Assembly: GCF_000143415.4 (NCBI RefSeq)
Contig: NW_003314344.1
Span: 256,336 to 320,335, forward strand
Length of the DNA: 64,000 nucleotides
Direction of reading: 5' to 3'
From: Selaginella moellendorffii
Lineage: Eukaryota > Plantae > Lycopodiophyta
Numbering within the stretch: the stretch's first letter is position 1; every line of letters begins with the position of its first letter. The position numbers were made by a program, and so were the translations under genes. Under the pieces are notes generated by a model. That model saw only the letters and a program-made list of their open reading frames with translations, searched no databases and was not told the origin of the DNA. Below, piece by piece: positions 50,188-62,127 of this stretch.

Positions 50188-50633
50188 TAGTGTATATAAT
50201 ATATTGTTATTATAAAGTTTTGGAACTTTAAGGGATATATGGGGATAAAATAACCACTAAGGGGTGCTTTCATTAAATAATTACCCCTTTTCCAATTAAT
50301 TTAAGGGGGGGAAAATAAAGTGTGTTATGTGTGTACATATAGTATTAGAGCAAATAGCACAAGTTTAATTTCCTTTAATTAGTGGTTATTTAAAATACAA
50401 TATACCCTTATATAAGGTTTATTCTTACCTCTAAAATTGAAATCATATGGGTATTCATAAGTACATCCTTTACAAAGATGCAAGTGGATAAAGAGTTAAT
50501 AAGGGTATTGACATCTCTAAAAGGGCAGGGGGTGGGGGGTGATATATAAGATAAAATAGCACTAAAGGCTATTTTATCAAATAATTACCCCTTTTCTAAT
50601 TATGGAGAGAGAGAGAGAAGTGTGTTATAAATT
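50188..50633 (+). mobile_element. TRIM-like miniature insertion with ~90-bp direct repeats (50234-50328, 50540-50629)
   Basis: Interrupts the colinear RT/RNase H region of the old copy; repeats share gataaaata.c.actaa...aaataattacccctttt...aagtgtgttat; a purine tract (50521-50539) precedes the second repeat, which starts TG. Confidence 0.55.
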
Positions 50634-53200
50634 CTTAGACCAGATAAAAAATGATATTAATAACTTTAAATGATGTAGTATGATTATAAAAATAATCAAT
50701 AAAATAATTGAGATATTACATATTGTCAAGGAAGCACTATATAATGTTCACACACTTTGGAATGGGATCAAAATACCCACAAATTATCAAGTTCAATTTC
50801 CAAACCCTAATGAAAATATAATCCCCATCCTTAGACATAAATAAACATTTCAACTGTTTTAACTTTAAATCAACTTCATACAATCAACATTTAGCTAACA
50901 TAGTAGATGTGCTCCTTCCATATCCTCTTTAAGTGGATCAAGACATTATTATAAAATTGATAGTTACCCTTTATATATTGTATACATCATCCTCCACTAT
51001 AAAGTCACTAGAGTATTATTCAAATAGAATAGCATCACTAAAAATTTATACAAATTAAATGGTGTATAGAAAACAGTTTTAGAAATATTTGTTTTAGTGA
51101 TTAACATCTATTAGTACTTAAAAATGATATCCAACTTAGTGAACTTACTACTTCACTCTATACAATCTAAGAGATTGATAGTGTGAGAAAAAAGGTATAC
51201 ATATGAGATAGAATTGTAGAATGTAGATTTTAATCTCCTTTAGTGACTAATACCAAGAAGGAATCTTAATTAGAAGAACATCCTTAATTGAAATAGTATG
51301 ACATATTGTGATTTTAGTTCTAAAAAATAGACCAAAGTTGAAGGGATGTGAATAAATTACCATAGCACAAAGACTATCTGAGGGATTTATAAAAGGAATA
51401 AAAAAAGTAAAAAGGAAATGCAATAGGTAGTGATTGAGAGATAAAAATGATAAAAACAAAAGTAGAAGTAAAGAGACAAAATGGAACATAAATGAGAGTA
51501 ATAGAAAGGAATATAAAACAAGGTAAAGAAGCCTTAAAGTTATATTTGGCATGATTATGCTATAAGTAATCCATAAGGACGAGGTCAAAAAATTTAAACT
51601 TGATATCACTTGCAATAATTGAAAATCAAGTTCAAGAACATATAAATACATAGCTAATGTTATATCCCACACATATATGTGTATAATTATTGCTATAAAA
51701 ACTGAAAATGTCTTTGTTGTACAATGCAAATATAAGAAGTAACATGTAATAATAGGTTAGATAAAATATGTACCAATATAAAGAATACAATAAAGGCTCT
51801 CCTATTATAAGAAAAAATTTGGAAAAGGAATATTGGATAAATTAGTGTTAAATGAACCTTTTCTCAAATGAAAGATGGAGGGGTTATTGATTTATTCACA
51901 CAATGACCCTCTACTACTTGTGTTATTCCTTGTTTATTAGAAAAAATTCATTGTCAAGACCTTTTAACATAACAACACTAATAAAACATTATTGATGCTA
52001 AAATTTCCTCTCAAAAGATGAAAGACGCCAAATTGAAAACACTAAGAATATAAATATGTTTAGCCAATTTTATCACACAATTAATAACAAACATTATACC
52101 CATGTCTACATCCTTATCTTTGTCCTTATAGCAACAATGTCAATATCCATTGATGATTCTCTCCTATAAAAATTGGGGTTAAATGTGCAATTAAGAAATA
52201 ATGTCTTATAACATTATGCCACTTGAAGAGTGTTATCAAAAGTGGTTAGAACAAGTGTATGTAGAAATTCTACAAAATATTGACAAAGTGTTAGCAATAA
52301 TATGCCTAATTTGATCTGTTTTGATATATTCAGCTCTATATAAAATAAGAGGCTTTAGAAGCAAACACCAGATTGCATAACTAACTCAAGTAGTTTTAAT
52401 GTAAATATCATCAGAGTCGTTAATATGTCTAAATATACACTTGAATTCATCTAAGAATTCGCATAAATAGCATATTCAAACAATTATACCATTGTATCCC
52501 TTGAAGATGTGTGGGAAATTTACATAGATGTTAAGTATCATCCCAAGAATGATAGGTGGTAATTATGATTAAACTAATTGTAAATATCATCCCTAGATAT
52601 AAAGATTTGTAGCAAGAGGAATGGTTTCACCACACACCATAAATGCTGTTATGAATTAAGTTTGATTATTCAATTGTGACTACATAATATCATATAATTA
52701 CACCAATTATTACTTGAGTGAGGAGGAGGAGGAAGCTATTGCAAAATAGGAATATGTTACTCTACCATAAAAATGAATGAAAAGAAGAGGAAAAAGAAAA
52801 GAAAAGAAATAAAAAACCTATAGGAACAAAAGAGTTTTAGATGTTGCAAAAGTTATATTTAAACAATCAAAACTACCAATCACCTGTGCATGGTGCATGA
52901 AATACAAAAATATGCATATCTAATTAAAACCCTACTAGAAAATTAATATATCCCACTAAATTGTAACTGTACTGTTAGACGTCACACTGAAATATTCAAA
53001 CATATTTTAGAATATTCCTTAATCTATTCTCTTTTCTCTTTGTGCAATTGTCTGAAGGAATGTCTGCAATCCAAAAAGTCAGCTACTCCATTTAATCAGA
53101 ATGATTGTGACAATTCTGATGATTCAGAATCGAATGGCTACTTGGGATGGTGGACCAATAAGTTTTGTATCGGTTGGTTCTTCTTAGACTTACGTTTTCG

Positions 53201-55004
53201 CTATGATCCCCACACTCCACGAGCAGAGCTCTTGGATCCTGTCCTGGAGCTCAGCTCCCACAGTATCCTCGCAAACATGTCCGAAGTACGGGCATCCGTC
53301 AGAGCAAGCTCCGCAAAAGTGTGCTCGTAAGCTAGAAGTATAGACCTGTTCTCTGGTTCTGACGCAAGGCTCTCAAGCGTCAGGGCTGCTTTTCTCACCA
53401 CTTCTTGCAGGGGATGAGGCGTCTGGACGATCCTTAAGAGCCTCCCGACGGCCCTGCGAAGGTAAACAAAAGAGCCAAGCTTGAAAAGCTTTCGTGTGAA
53501 CGAAGAAAAGCTACTCACCATCGCTCGTTTGCCAGCCGAAGACGGCAGTCCATATTCACCTCCGCGAAGTTATACAATGCTGCTATGGCTGCTGCCTGAG
53601 AATCGCTCGCTGGAAAGTTGAGTATGTCCACCAAGCGCTTGTAGATCTGTCCGTGCACATAACGCTCAGGCAGAGTTTATCACGAAAGTCTCTACCTGAG
53701 TTGCAAATGGAAGAAGATATGGCTCGTTCTCGGGGTTTACTACGAGCCTTCCCAGTAGCTCTGCAGCCGAGCAATGCCAGGGCTTGATCGGTGATTCCAG
53801 CATTGTCACAATCGCTTGTACAGCAGCTTGTTCCCTGCTCCAAGCAAGACGATGGGAAGTTAGCTTCTCTAACTCTAGACATAAAACAGTTTACCTACGT
53901 GATCCGGCCTTTGGACGGGTCAGTAAATATTCTCAGCACCACAAACGTTGCCAAGTTAAGAATCGTTTCCACTGCGTTAGTGACCAACTCCTCGTCCTCT
54001 GTATGTAGTTAGTACTTTCTCCCGTCAAAGAAAGCAAGAACTTGGACATTGTACCAGTATTGTGATCTTGCATGCAGCAAACAAGAGTTTCCAGACAGTG
54101 CCGGTGTTGAGCCATGTGGATTTCATTCTCGGGAATGAATGAGAAATTCCGTAGAACATTTGAGGCTGCGACAGCGCACTGCTGCCGCTCAGCTCGTCCG
54201 ATTTCATCCAGGTTGAACAGCCCCTCTTCGTCCCACCACCAATCTACATTCTTCTTCTCATCTGTGACGCTCTCTGGATTTCTCTCCGGCATGGTGCTAG
54301 GAAATTTAAACAAGAAAAGAAAAGAAAGTGAGCGCGCATAAGAAAGAGAGAGCCTTACATACCGCATTCTATAGAGCGGATCGTGATGCGTGTTAATCTC
54401 ATACTCGAGGCCAAATCCAGTGGTCGGACGATGAAGTCCAAGCGTGCGTTTTCTCGCTGATTTTTTCGAGTCACTGGAGTAAGATATATCCCTCCACTCA
54501 TCTATCTGCGCAGTCCAGTTCCTTAGCAGAGCCACAAAATCACGAAAGCGCAAACTAAATCAAATACCACATGAAGGAGAGCATCGAGTAGGCCAGGAAT
54601 TTTCACCAGAGCGTCCTTCCTTCCATCGTCCTTCTCCTTGAAAGATAAAACATTGAGCGAGGTCAGTGCCCACGAGAGCTCGCTCTTGAGGCCACTCTGG
54701 AGAGCCATGACAATCCTCTTACTGTTCTTCTCTGTGAAGCAAAAAAACGATCAGCACCTCTTGCTGCTAGAACTCTATCCTTACCGGCGAATGTGAGCTG
54801 CACTTGGACGGTCGGGCCCGTCAAGACTGGGGTTCCAATGGCACCGCTTCCAGCGGCGGTAGAAGCTCCGCTAGCGGCAGCTCCGCCAGATCCAGCAGAG
54901 GCAGCAGCCGCATTGCCTGTGCCCAGCTCCGAGTAGTTTGGATTTCCTCGTGCGCGCTTGCCAAGAACCACGCCATTGCCCGCGCCCACGCTCGCTCCCG
55001 CCAT
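53201..55004 (-). CDS. LFR: Armadillo-repeat protein LEAF AND FLOWER RELATED (SWI/SNF ARID1-like subunit), multi-exon
   Basis: KRIVMALQSGLKSELSWALTSLNVLSFKEKDD, QCAVAASNVLRNFSFIPENEIHMAQHRHCLET, LASEPENRSILLAYE..ARILWEL..ARGVWG*. Confidence 0.93.
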
Positions 55005-55205
55005 AGCTAGGGCTTTCACTGCAATGCCCTAATTTTAAAGAAATATTATAGAGTCTAAATAATTGCTTTTACTGTTAACATGTTAGCATTGAAACCATTT
55101 ATATTTTGTTTCATTCATCTTTTAATCCTATTTTCTATTATGATTTTCCTCTAAACCTCAAAAATTAGTCAAGAACAAGGAGCTTGATATGGTCAGGCAA
55201 CCAGG

Positions 55206-57308
55206 ATGGATCGAAACGCTTGCCTGGAGATGGTTAAGTCATGCAAGACTCTGTCTAGGGCGAGAGAGATTCACTTCCAAATTATTCCACTCGTTGCTCC
55301 CGATGACGTTTTTATGCATAACATGCTAATCCAGATGTATGGTAAGTGTGGTGCTCCTGATGAAGCTCGGCAAGTTTTTAATGCCATCACTTCTAGAAAC
55401 ACATTCTCATGGGCTTTGATGCTCGCTGCTTACTCCAAAAGTAGCAAAATGGAGCATGCCAAGCAGCTGTTTGATGAGATCCCGCACCGCAACCTGGTGT
55501 CGTGGACAACGCTGTTAAGCGCTTATGCCCATCAAGGGGATCTTGAGCAAGCTAAAGACTTATTCGAGAGAATGCCGGAAAGAGATCTCGTTTCTTGGAA
55601 CACAATGTTAAATGCCTATGGATCAAGCAGAAACATTGAAGCAGCAAACACAATTTTTTCTCATATGCAAGAAAAAGATCTTGTGTCGTGGACGGCGATG
55701 CTTACTGCAAATGCCGCCGTTGGTCTTTTCGAAGAAGCTGAGCAAGTGTTTAAGAAAATGCCTGAATGGGATTTTATATCGTGTACGTGCATGCTTGTTG
55801 GGTTTTCTCAGAGCGGAAAAGTTGGTGATGCAAAAGATCTATTTGATCAAATGCCCGAGAGGGATATTGTGTGCTGGACTGCAATGTTATGTGCATATAC
55901 CCAAAACGGGCATAGCTCTCAGGCAAAACAAATTTACGACTCCATGCCTGAAAGAAACCTTGTGTCGTGGAATGCAATGCTAGGCCTGTACAGAGATCTG
56001 GGAGAGGTGGAGAAGGTGGAGTTTGTATTTTCGGAGATGAAAGAGAGAGATCTAGTTTCGTGGACTTGTTTGGTTTCTGTTTATGCTCAAAGCGGGCATC
56101 TAGCTCTTGCCAAGGGAGCTTTTGACAAGCTGAAAGAGAGAAACCTGGTGGTGCTTACGATCATGCTGGCTGCATTTGCAGAGAATGGTGATATCGAACA
56201 AGCAAAGCAAATGTTTGAATCCATGCCGGAGCACAATCTCGTGTCTTCTACTGCGATGATCGCTGGCTTTGCTTTGCAAGGAGAAGTTGACAATGCAAAG
56301 GGAGTTTTCGATGGCATGCAAGAGACCAACATTGTTTCATGGACGTCGATGCTCTCAGCGTATGCCCAGAGCGGATTGATGAACAAAACCAAGAGGATGT
56401 TTGATCAGATGCCCGAGCACAATCTTGTGTCTTTGACTGTGATGCTCGGATCTTATGCTCACAACGGGCACCTCGAGGAGGCCCGGAGGATCTTTGACGA
56501 CATCAAAGTACACGAGAGAGATATCGTGCTTTCAAATGCGATGCTAGCCGGGTATGCATACAACGGGTATGTGGAGGAGGCCAAAGTGATCTACGACACC
56601 ATCGAGACGAAAAACAGTGTCTCTTTCAGCGCGATTGTGGCGGCTTACTCGCTAAACGGGCATCTGGAGGCAGCAAAGATGATCTTCGATGGCTTGGAAG
56701 GACGAGACGCAATGGTGTGGACTTCGATCCTTTCGGCATACGCTCATGCCGGCCATCTCGCAGAAGCGAGACGCATTTTTAATGGGATGCTCGAACACGA
56801 CTCGGTCTCGTGGAATGCAATTCTCGTGGCTTATGCTCAAAACGGACAGTCCACCGAAGCGCTGGAGCTCTTCCAAAACATGCACAGCTCGGCTTGCAAA
56901 CCGGACGAAGTATCTTTCATTTGCATCTTGGTTGCTTGCAGCCGGCTCGGGGAAGTTCACGCGAGCTGGTCGTGCTTTGTGTCGATGAGCATCGATTTTG
57001 GGATCCGAGCAAAGAAGCTCCACTTCTGCTGCATGGTGGATGTTCTTGGGAGGGGAGGATACTTGGGCGATGCCCAAGACCTCGTTGCAAGCATGCCGTT
57101 TGTTCCTGACGTTTGGGACTGGAGATCGCTGCTGGGGGCATGTAGGCTACACCGAGAGGATCACACCGCTGTCGGTTTTAATGCGACGAGGGGAATTCTC
57201 GCGTTAGATTCGAGAAACGCGCCAGCTTATGTTCTTCTTGCCAGCATCTACTTCAACAACAACAACAATAGTGACAAGAACAAAGAGGTCTATGTCAACA
57301 AGGATTGA
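55206..57308 (+). CDS. PLS-class pentatricopeptide repeat protein (long run of 31-aa S-type repeats, partial E domain, no DYW), intronless
   Basis: About 18 repeats of VSW(T/N)AML.AYAQ.G....A...F..MPE(R/H)(D/N); HFCCMVDVLGRGGYL..A; WRSLLGACRLH; AYVLLASIY followed by stop. Confidence 0.95.
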   Translation: MDRNACLEMVKSCKTLSRAREIHFQIIPLVAPDDVFMHNMLIQMYGKCGAPDEARQVFNAITSRNTFSWALMLAAYSKSSKMEHAKQLFDEIPHRNLVSWTTLLSAYAHQGDLEQAKDLFERMPERDLVSWNTMLNAYGSSRNIEAANTIFSHMQEKDLVSWTAMLTANAAVGLFEEAEQVFKKMPEWDFISCTCMLVGFSQSGKVGDAKDLFDQMPERDIVCWTAMLCAYTQNGHSSQAKQIYDSMPERNLVSWNAMLGLYRDLGEVEKVEFVFSEMKERDLVSWTCLVSVYAQSGHLALAKGAFDKLKERNLVVLTIMLAAFAENGDIEQAKQMFESMPEHNLVSSTAMIAGFALQGEVDNAKGVFDGMQETNIVSWTSMLSAYAQSGLMNKTKRMFDQMPEHNLVSLTVMLGSYAHNGHLEEARRIFDDIKVHERDIVLSNAMLAGYAYNGYVEEAKVIYDTIETKNSVSFSAIVAAYSLNGHLEAAKMIFDGLEGRDAMVWTSILSAYAHAGHLAEARRIFNGMLEHDSVSWNAILVAYAQNGQSTEALELFQNMHSSACKPDEVSFICILVACSRLGEVHASWSCFVSMSIDFGIRAKKLHFCCMVDVLGRGGYLGDAQDLVASMPFVPDVWDWRSLLGACRLHREDHTAVGFNATRGILALDSRNAPAYVLLASIYFNNNNNSDKNKEVYVNKD

Positions 57309-57355
57309 GAATTATACGAAAAACCTGTGAATATTACGTAAAACTATACACATTG

Positions 57356-58667
57356 CTATTGTGGCATATTGGATACAAGGTGTGCTAGATTGAAAGGATA
57401 GATGGAGTTTGGGGATCCAAAGATGACTTCGTTGGCCACAAGCTTATAGAGAGCTTGAGTTGGATGAACCATATCCCAAAAGGCATATAAATCTGGATCT
57501 TCACATACGGAAGATATGAACCAGTTGCAAGGTCCAAGGGCATTGTAATGGCCACCATTTCCACAACAAGCTCTACTGGCATGCCTTAGTCCTGCGATGA
57601 AAAGCAAAGAACAATTATCAACACAAGCTTAAAGAACTTACCATGAGTGCTTGGATTCTCCAAGATCCTTTGTACAATAGTGTAGCTCTTAAGGTGTAGA
57701 AAATCACAGTCCCTGAGCACTGCTCTGAGCTTGGAAAAGAAAACACTTGTCTTTGAGTTGAAGCTCCGAATTTGCTCGTTAACACTTGCAACACATCTTC
57801 CTTTGCATGCTCCGTGCAGTATGAGCTCCACAGGAGTGCATCCCAGAGGTGGAATATCAGCGATGATAAACTTTTGAGCTCCATAAGCATGAAGAGTCTA
57901 GACATTATGTAGAAGGTTGCTTGTAGCAAACTATTTATGCTATCATTCTCACCTGGATCGAACGAGACATCTGGTTTATAAGCAGCGACTCGAATTGTGT
58001 GAGGTTGTAAAACATCTGCCTGAATGGATTCAGCTGATAATTGGCTGCCAAGTCATTCCCAGCAAAGCTAATTAGAAAAATCGACCGTGAAAGCAGATCC
58101 AGCGTAGAGGATTTGCCAGCCAGAGACTCCAGAACCTTCACCACCTTCTGAAACTCTTTGATTTGCTTTGTGAATGATCTCACTCCCTTTGGAAAGAAAA
58201 TAAAAACCTTAGAAAGACCTTCGATCACGAATGAATGATTATCAATGTTACTCGCGAGAAGCCAGTGCTGTCAAGTAGTCCAGCCCCTGCTGCTGCAAAG
58301 TTGACACCCTTCAAGAGATTCCAAGGCGAAACACCGGGATCTAAGAAGTTGACAGGGTACGGAAGATCAAGAAACTCGGCTGATAGAGAAAGAAAGTGGG
58401 AAAATCCATGATCTCAAAACTTATGCAAGTCCCACCTATGTAATCACTCACGAGTTTGCCATTGGAAAACCTCCCTGTAGCACCTGGTGGATCGAAATTC
58501 ATACCATAAGGCAGAGAATTGGCCTTGATCAAAGTTGAGATGAAATTGTTATTCCCCGTGTCGACGCTCGAGTCTCCAAACACAAAAAATGCTGGAGCAG
58601 CAGCTGCCAGTGCCACAATGAATGGATTTCTCACCAAGACAATCAGCAGTAGCGTTGCTAGAGCCAT
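57356..58667 (-). CDS. GDSL esterase/lipase, secreted, 5 exons
   Basis: [36 protein letters not shown] and FWDMVHPT blocks; signal peptide. Confidence 0.94.
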
Positions 58668-58786
58668 CCACAAAAGCCCCAAAGAATACACTCAAAGACT
58701 GGATACGAATATCCTCAAAAGCCTCTCTTTATTTAAATGCCGCGGATCCGGGAAGAATATTCTATTCTCAGGGTTAGGGTTTATCC

Positions 58787-59813
58787 ATGGAGGTGAGCGC
58801 CAATGCGTGTCCAAATGCGAGCGATTTGCAGGTGGAGGAGCTCGCGTCTCTCGTCAGGAACAATCTCCACACCAAGCATCTGCTGCTGGCGGCGGAGGAA
58901 GCGTTTGTGGAGTTTTTGGATCCATCCAGGCAAGCGAGGGTTTTTTGTGTTTTCTGGTGGATTCATCTGTGATTTTTCCAGTGATAGGGAGTTGCTGGAG
59001 CTTACACCGATGGTTTCTTATCACCGGATGCTTCTTCATCGCTTGGCGGACGTCTATGGGTGAGAATCTTTGCTCTAAAACTTGAAAGAATTCACGTATA
59101 AAAGCTTTTCTTCTTCGTTTTTGCAGCCTAGCGCACGAGTCTGTGGGTGAGGGAGATGGCAGGCATTTGGTGGTCGCAAAATGCGAGGACTCGTCCATGT
59201 AAGCAATACTTCTCTATCGTATTTTCTTTCTTTTGGTAACGAATCAAAGACATGTCTAGACCGTCCGTGTTGCTAAGCGACCTACTCAACGCTTTCGAAG
59301 ATTCATGCTCGATAGCCAGCAGCTCGTCTCGAACACTACTTAAACGTTCTGCTATGCAAGCATCTGGTATGGTTTGGATAGATATTGGATCAGGCTTTGA
59401 GTAAGTTTTATGTTTCAGAGAAACAATTCACTTCTAACGAGAATCCGGTCGTGACGTCTCTGGAGGAGAGAGAGGCGGCATATCTCTCGGCAAGAGAACG
59501 CATCTTCTCGTCCTGCGAGACCAGCACCAGCACTGTTGCCTCGGACGAAGCAGGCGACTCAAACGTAAGATCCCCAAGGACTGTTCCTGCGGTAGCGCAC
59601 AGAATGATCACTCACGCACTGGGTAAGAGCAGCGCTCAAAGGCGTCCTGAACAACACACTAGCCGCTCGCCTGAAAAACCTCCCGACCAAGACGGCAGCA
59701 CTGGCGAGACGTGTTCCAGAACAAGGAATGCTCGTCGGCCGGACATGCCTGGTAGAGCAGCGAGCAGGCTTCTGTCCAAAGCACTCGGGATCCAAGAAGG
59801 GAAAAAGAGATGA
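58787..59813 (+). CDS. R3H/SUZ-domain RNA-binding protein, multi-exon
   Basis: VEELASLVRNNLHTKHLLL..EE, PMVSYHRMLLHRLADVYG (R3H), SLEEREAAYLSARERIF (SUZ), VPAVAHRMITHALG. Confidence 0.88.
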
Positions 59814-60551
59814 AGCAATCGATTTCACTTCCAGGTAATTGTCCCCGAGTTGCTATTCAAAGCCGTGACGGTGCTCATCACAGGCCAATGCTGTTTCGCG
59901 ACTGGGAAGACGCAGTTTTCCTGGCGGTACAAGCTATAGTGTCTGGGATCCCGCAAAGGTATAGATTTTCCCTTTTCTCGGCTAAACGTTGTTGGTATTT
60001 TCTCAGCGGCATTGTCCACGGGTTCGTGGAGAGCAACAAAGAAAAGAGTGATGGTTAGCTTCGAACACTTGGACGTTCCCTCCATCGTACCTTCCTTCAA
60101 AGTCGAAGATATTTTGTCGAGAGATATTCTCGCAGGAGGGAGAGGTATTGTTTTTATTTCTCCTCCTCCTCCTTTTTCTTTTGTGTATGCTTGTGCCTTT
60201 CCAGTATCAGTTATATCGAATCCAAATCTCACGAGTTCGGACTATTGAGATACGATATCTTTTAGGTGGTTCACGGGCACTAGAAACGATAAGCTTCAAT
60301 CTTTTATTCTAAAGTTCTAGCTCAAATCAGGACAAGCACAAAATTTCGTTGCTCGTGCTTTGATCGATTCTCGCAGGAGCTCCTGATAGTGAGATACCAG
60401 AACAAAGACGTTAATTTAAAGTGAGCCGACGTCCTTGATCTTATTAATCTAATAGTTTATTTGCATGAAAATCTTTTAATCTCCCATTTTGTAAACGCAA
60501 CAAAGAATAAATTTATCTGATGTTAACAATTTAGGGTTGGTTACCAAGGAG

Positions 60552-61331
60552 ATGGCAAGCATAGAGAGGTGCCAGGTGAGGTTCCGTGACGTAGAGTTTT
60601 TCTCCCCTCTAGCAGAAGACAAGTACGAGCAAATGGTGCGCGAAATGAAGGACCTCACAGCCGATGTTCGCCACGTTCACTGGCTCAACGCCTACATCCC
60701 CGAGTGCATCAATGGAACCACGCAGCTCTCGGTGTGGAGGCTGGCCAGGGAGCTGCTGCTCCTCCTGGGCTACGAGGAGCTGCCAGGAATGCACATCCTC
60801 GCCAACCGATACGTGACGCAGGACACTGTCATTCCGGACTGGTTCATCGAGCAGGGAGTCGAGTACGAGTTTGGTCCCCAGGGAGACGACGCTGGCAGCA
60901 TCGCCAAGCACAGGGACGTCTACCTCATGCGCGGGCTCATACCCGAGATCAGGATGATAGTTCATCCTGACCGACTGGAGAGAAGGGCGTTTGCAGAAGC
61001 CCGGCTTGTGGAGAAGGTCATCCAAGCGTTTACAGAGAACCAGGAACGAGCGCGGCGGCGGGGCGAGGAACTCAAGAAGCAAGTGTTTCTGGGGCTGCTG
61101 GTGCTGGACACGAGCCCGGTTTTCTACAGGATTCCAGTCACCCGGCGGCTGGCTGCTTGTATGCAGAAGGTTACGCGGCGGATGGAAGTGGAAACTGTGG
61201 TGGAGAGGTTTGATCCTGGATTTCCACGCGATGCAATGGGGGACCCGATTTACAGGGAGAAGATTGCGCATTATCTGCTGGGCTTCAAGAGGTTGCTCGC
61301 GTCCAACGAGGTCGAAGTAGTGCATGCATGA
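60552..61331 (+). CDS. Intronless orphan protein (259 aa) of unknown function
   Basis: Long GC3-rich ORF with ATG in good context after a telobox-like TTAGGGTT; no plant domain recognised. Confidence 0.7.
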   Translation: MASIERCQVRFRDVEFFSPLAEDKYEQMVREMKDLTADVRHVHWLNAYIPECINGTTQLSVWRLARELLLLLGYEELPGMHILANRYVTQDTVIPDWFIEQGVEYEFGPQGDDAGSIAKHRDVYLMRGLIPEIRMIVHPDRLERRAFAEARLVEKVIQAFTENQERARRRGEELKKQVFLGLLVLDTSPVFYRIPVTRRLAACMQKVTRRMEVETVVERFDPGFPRDAMGDPIYREKIAHYLLGFKRLLASNEVEVVHA

Positions 61332-62127
61332 GAATTATATACTCGACTTTAAACTGAAGTGTCGTTTCTAGGATCGTTTCAAAGAGTAAAATCGCGTTTT
61401 GTCTTGTGGTTTTCAACGTATTCACCGGGAAACCATTTATCCGCGAAAGAAAGTTGCAACAGAAGGATTTCTTCTGTAAAACAGGAGGATGATCACTCAC
61501 TCATGCTCAAGGTACGCTTGCTCGTATTCTCTGGCAAAAGCTCCCGACCAAGGCAGCAAGCAGCACTAGCGAGACAACACTCTACAAGGCCTCTGCCCAA
61601 AAGCAGTAAAGCACTCTGGAAGAGATCCAGAGTGAAACTTCAAGCAACCTTCCGCTTCAATTACGTGCTTCGTGCAAGCCAACTTACGCATAAAAGTTTG
61701 GATGTGTTAGCAAAAACCTGGAAAATTTAAACCAGCAGTTACCAGAGATGGTCAACGTCCACACACTCCAACGGCTCCTTTTTTCACCAGATCCGAAACT
61801 TTACCTGGGCGTTTTTAACTCTGGGCTCAACGGAAAGGCGAGCTCGTAAAGTGGCAAATCATCGCTGCTCTTACATCATCGCGCTTCTCTCGTTACGCGC
61901 TTGTGGGTAGCGACGCTTTGGCTTACACGATTGATTGATGCAAAGGTGTTCTTCTGGTAACTCAAAGGCGCAGGGCACATGTAGAAGATAGCATTGTAAA
62001 CTGACGATCCTCTGCGTGGAAGAAAAAGTGGACTGGCTGGGCTGTTATTCGATCTCTTTTTCTTTTCGAATCTCTTCCCATTATCTGCTTCGACTAAAGC
62101 TCTTGTGTTTTTGTGTGCTTTTGTGCG

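Larger units (their letters stand above)
43150..52986 (-). mobile_element. Old, AT-drifted copy of the gypsy family; its 3' LTR is split by the younger copy (pieces 43150-43173 and 48143 onward); 5' LTR remnant ~52880-52986
   Basis: Colinear by eye with the young copy (PPT tcatcacctcctctc ~48196, integrase 48300-49400, RT 50700-51200, gag 52000-52700). No long ORFs; boundaries approximate. Confidence 0.85.

Noticed and set aside
60609-61325. 238-aa antisense ORF (likewise 37592-38245, 39550-39987, 42017-42649)
   Set aside because: Shadow ORFs of GC3-rich coding sequence on the opposite strand.
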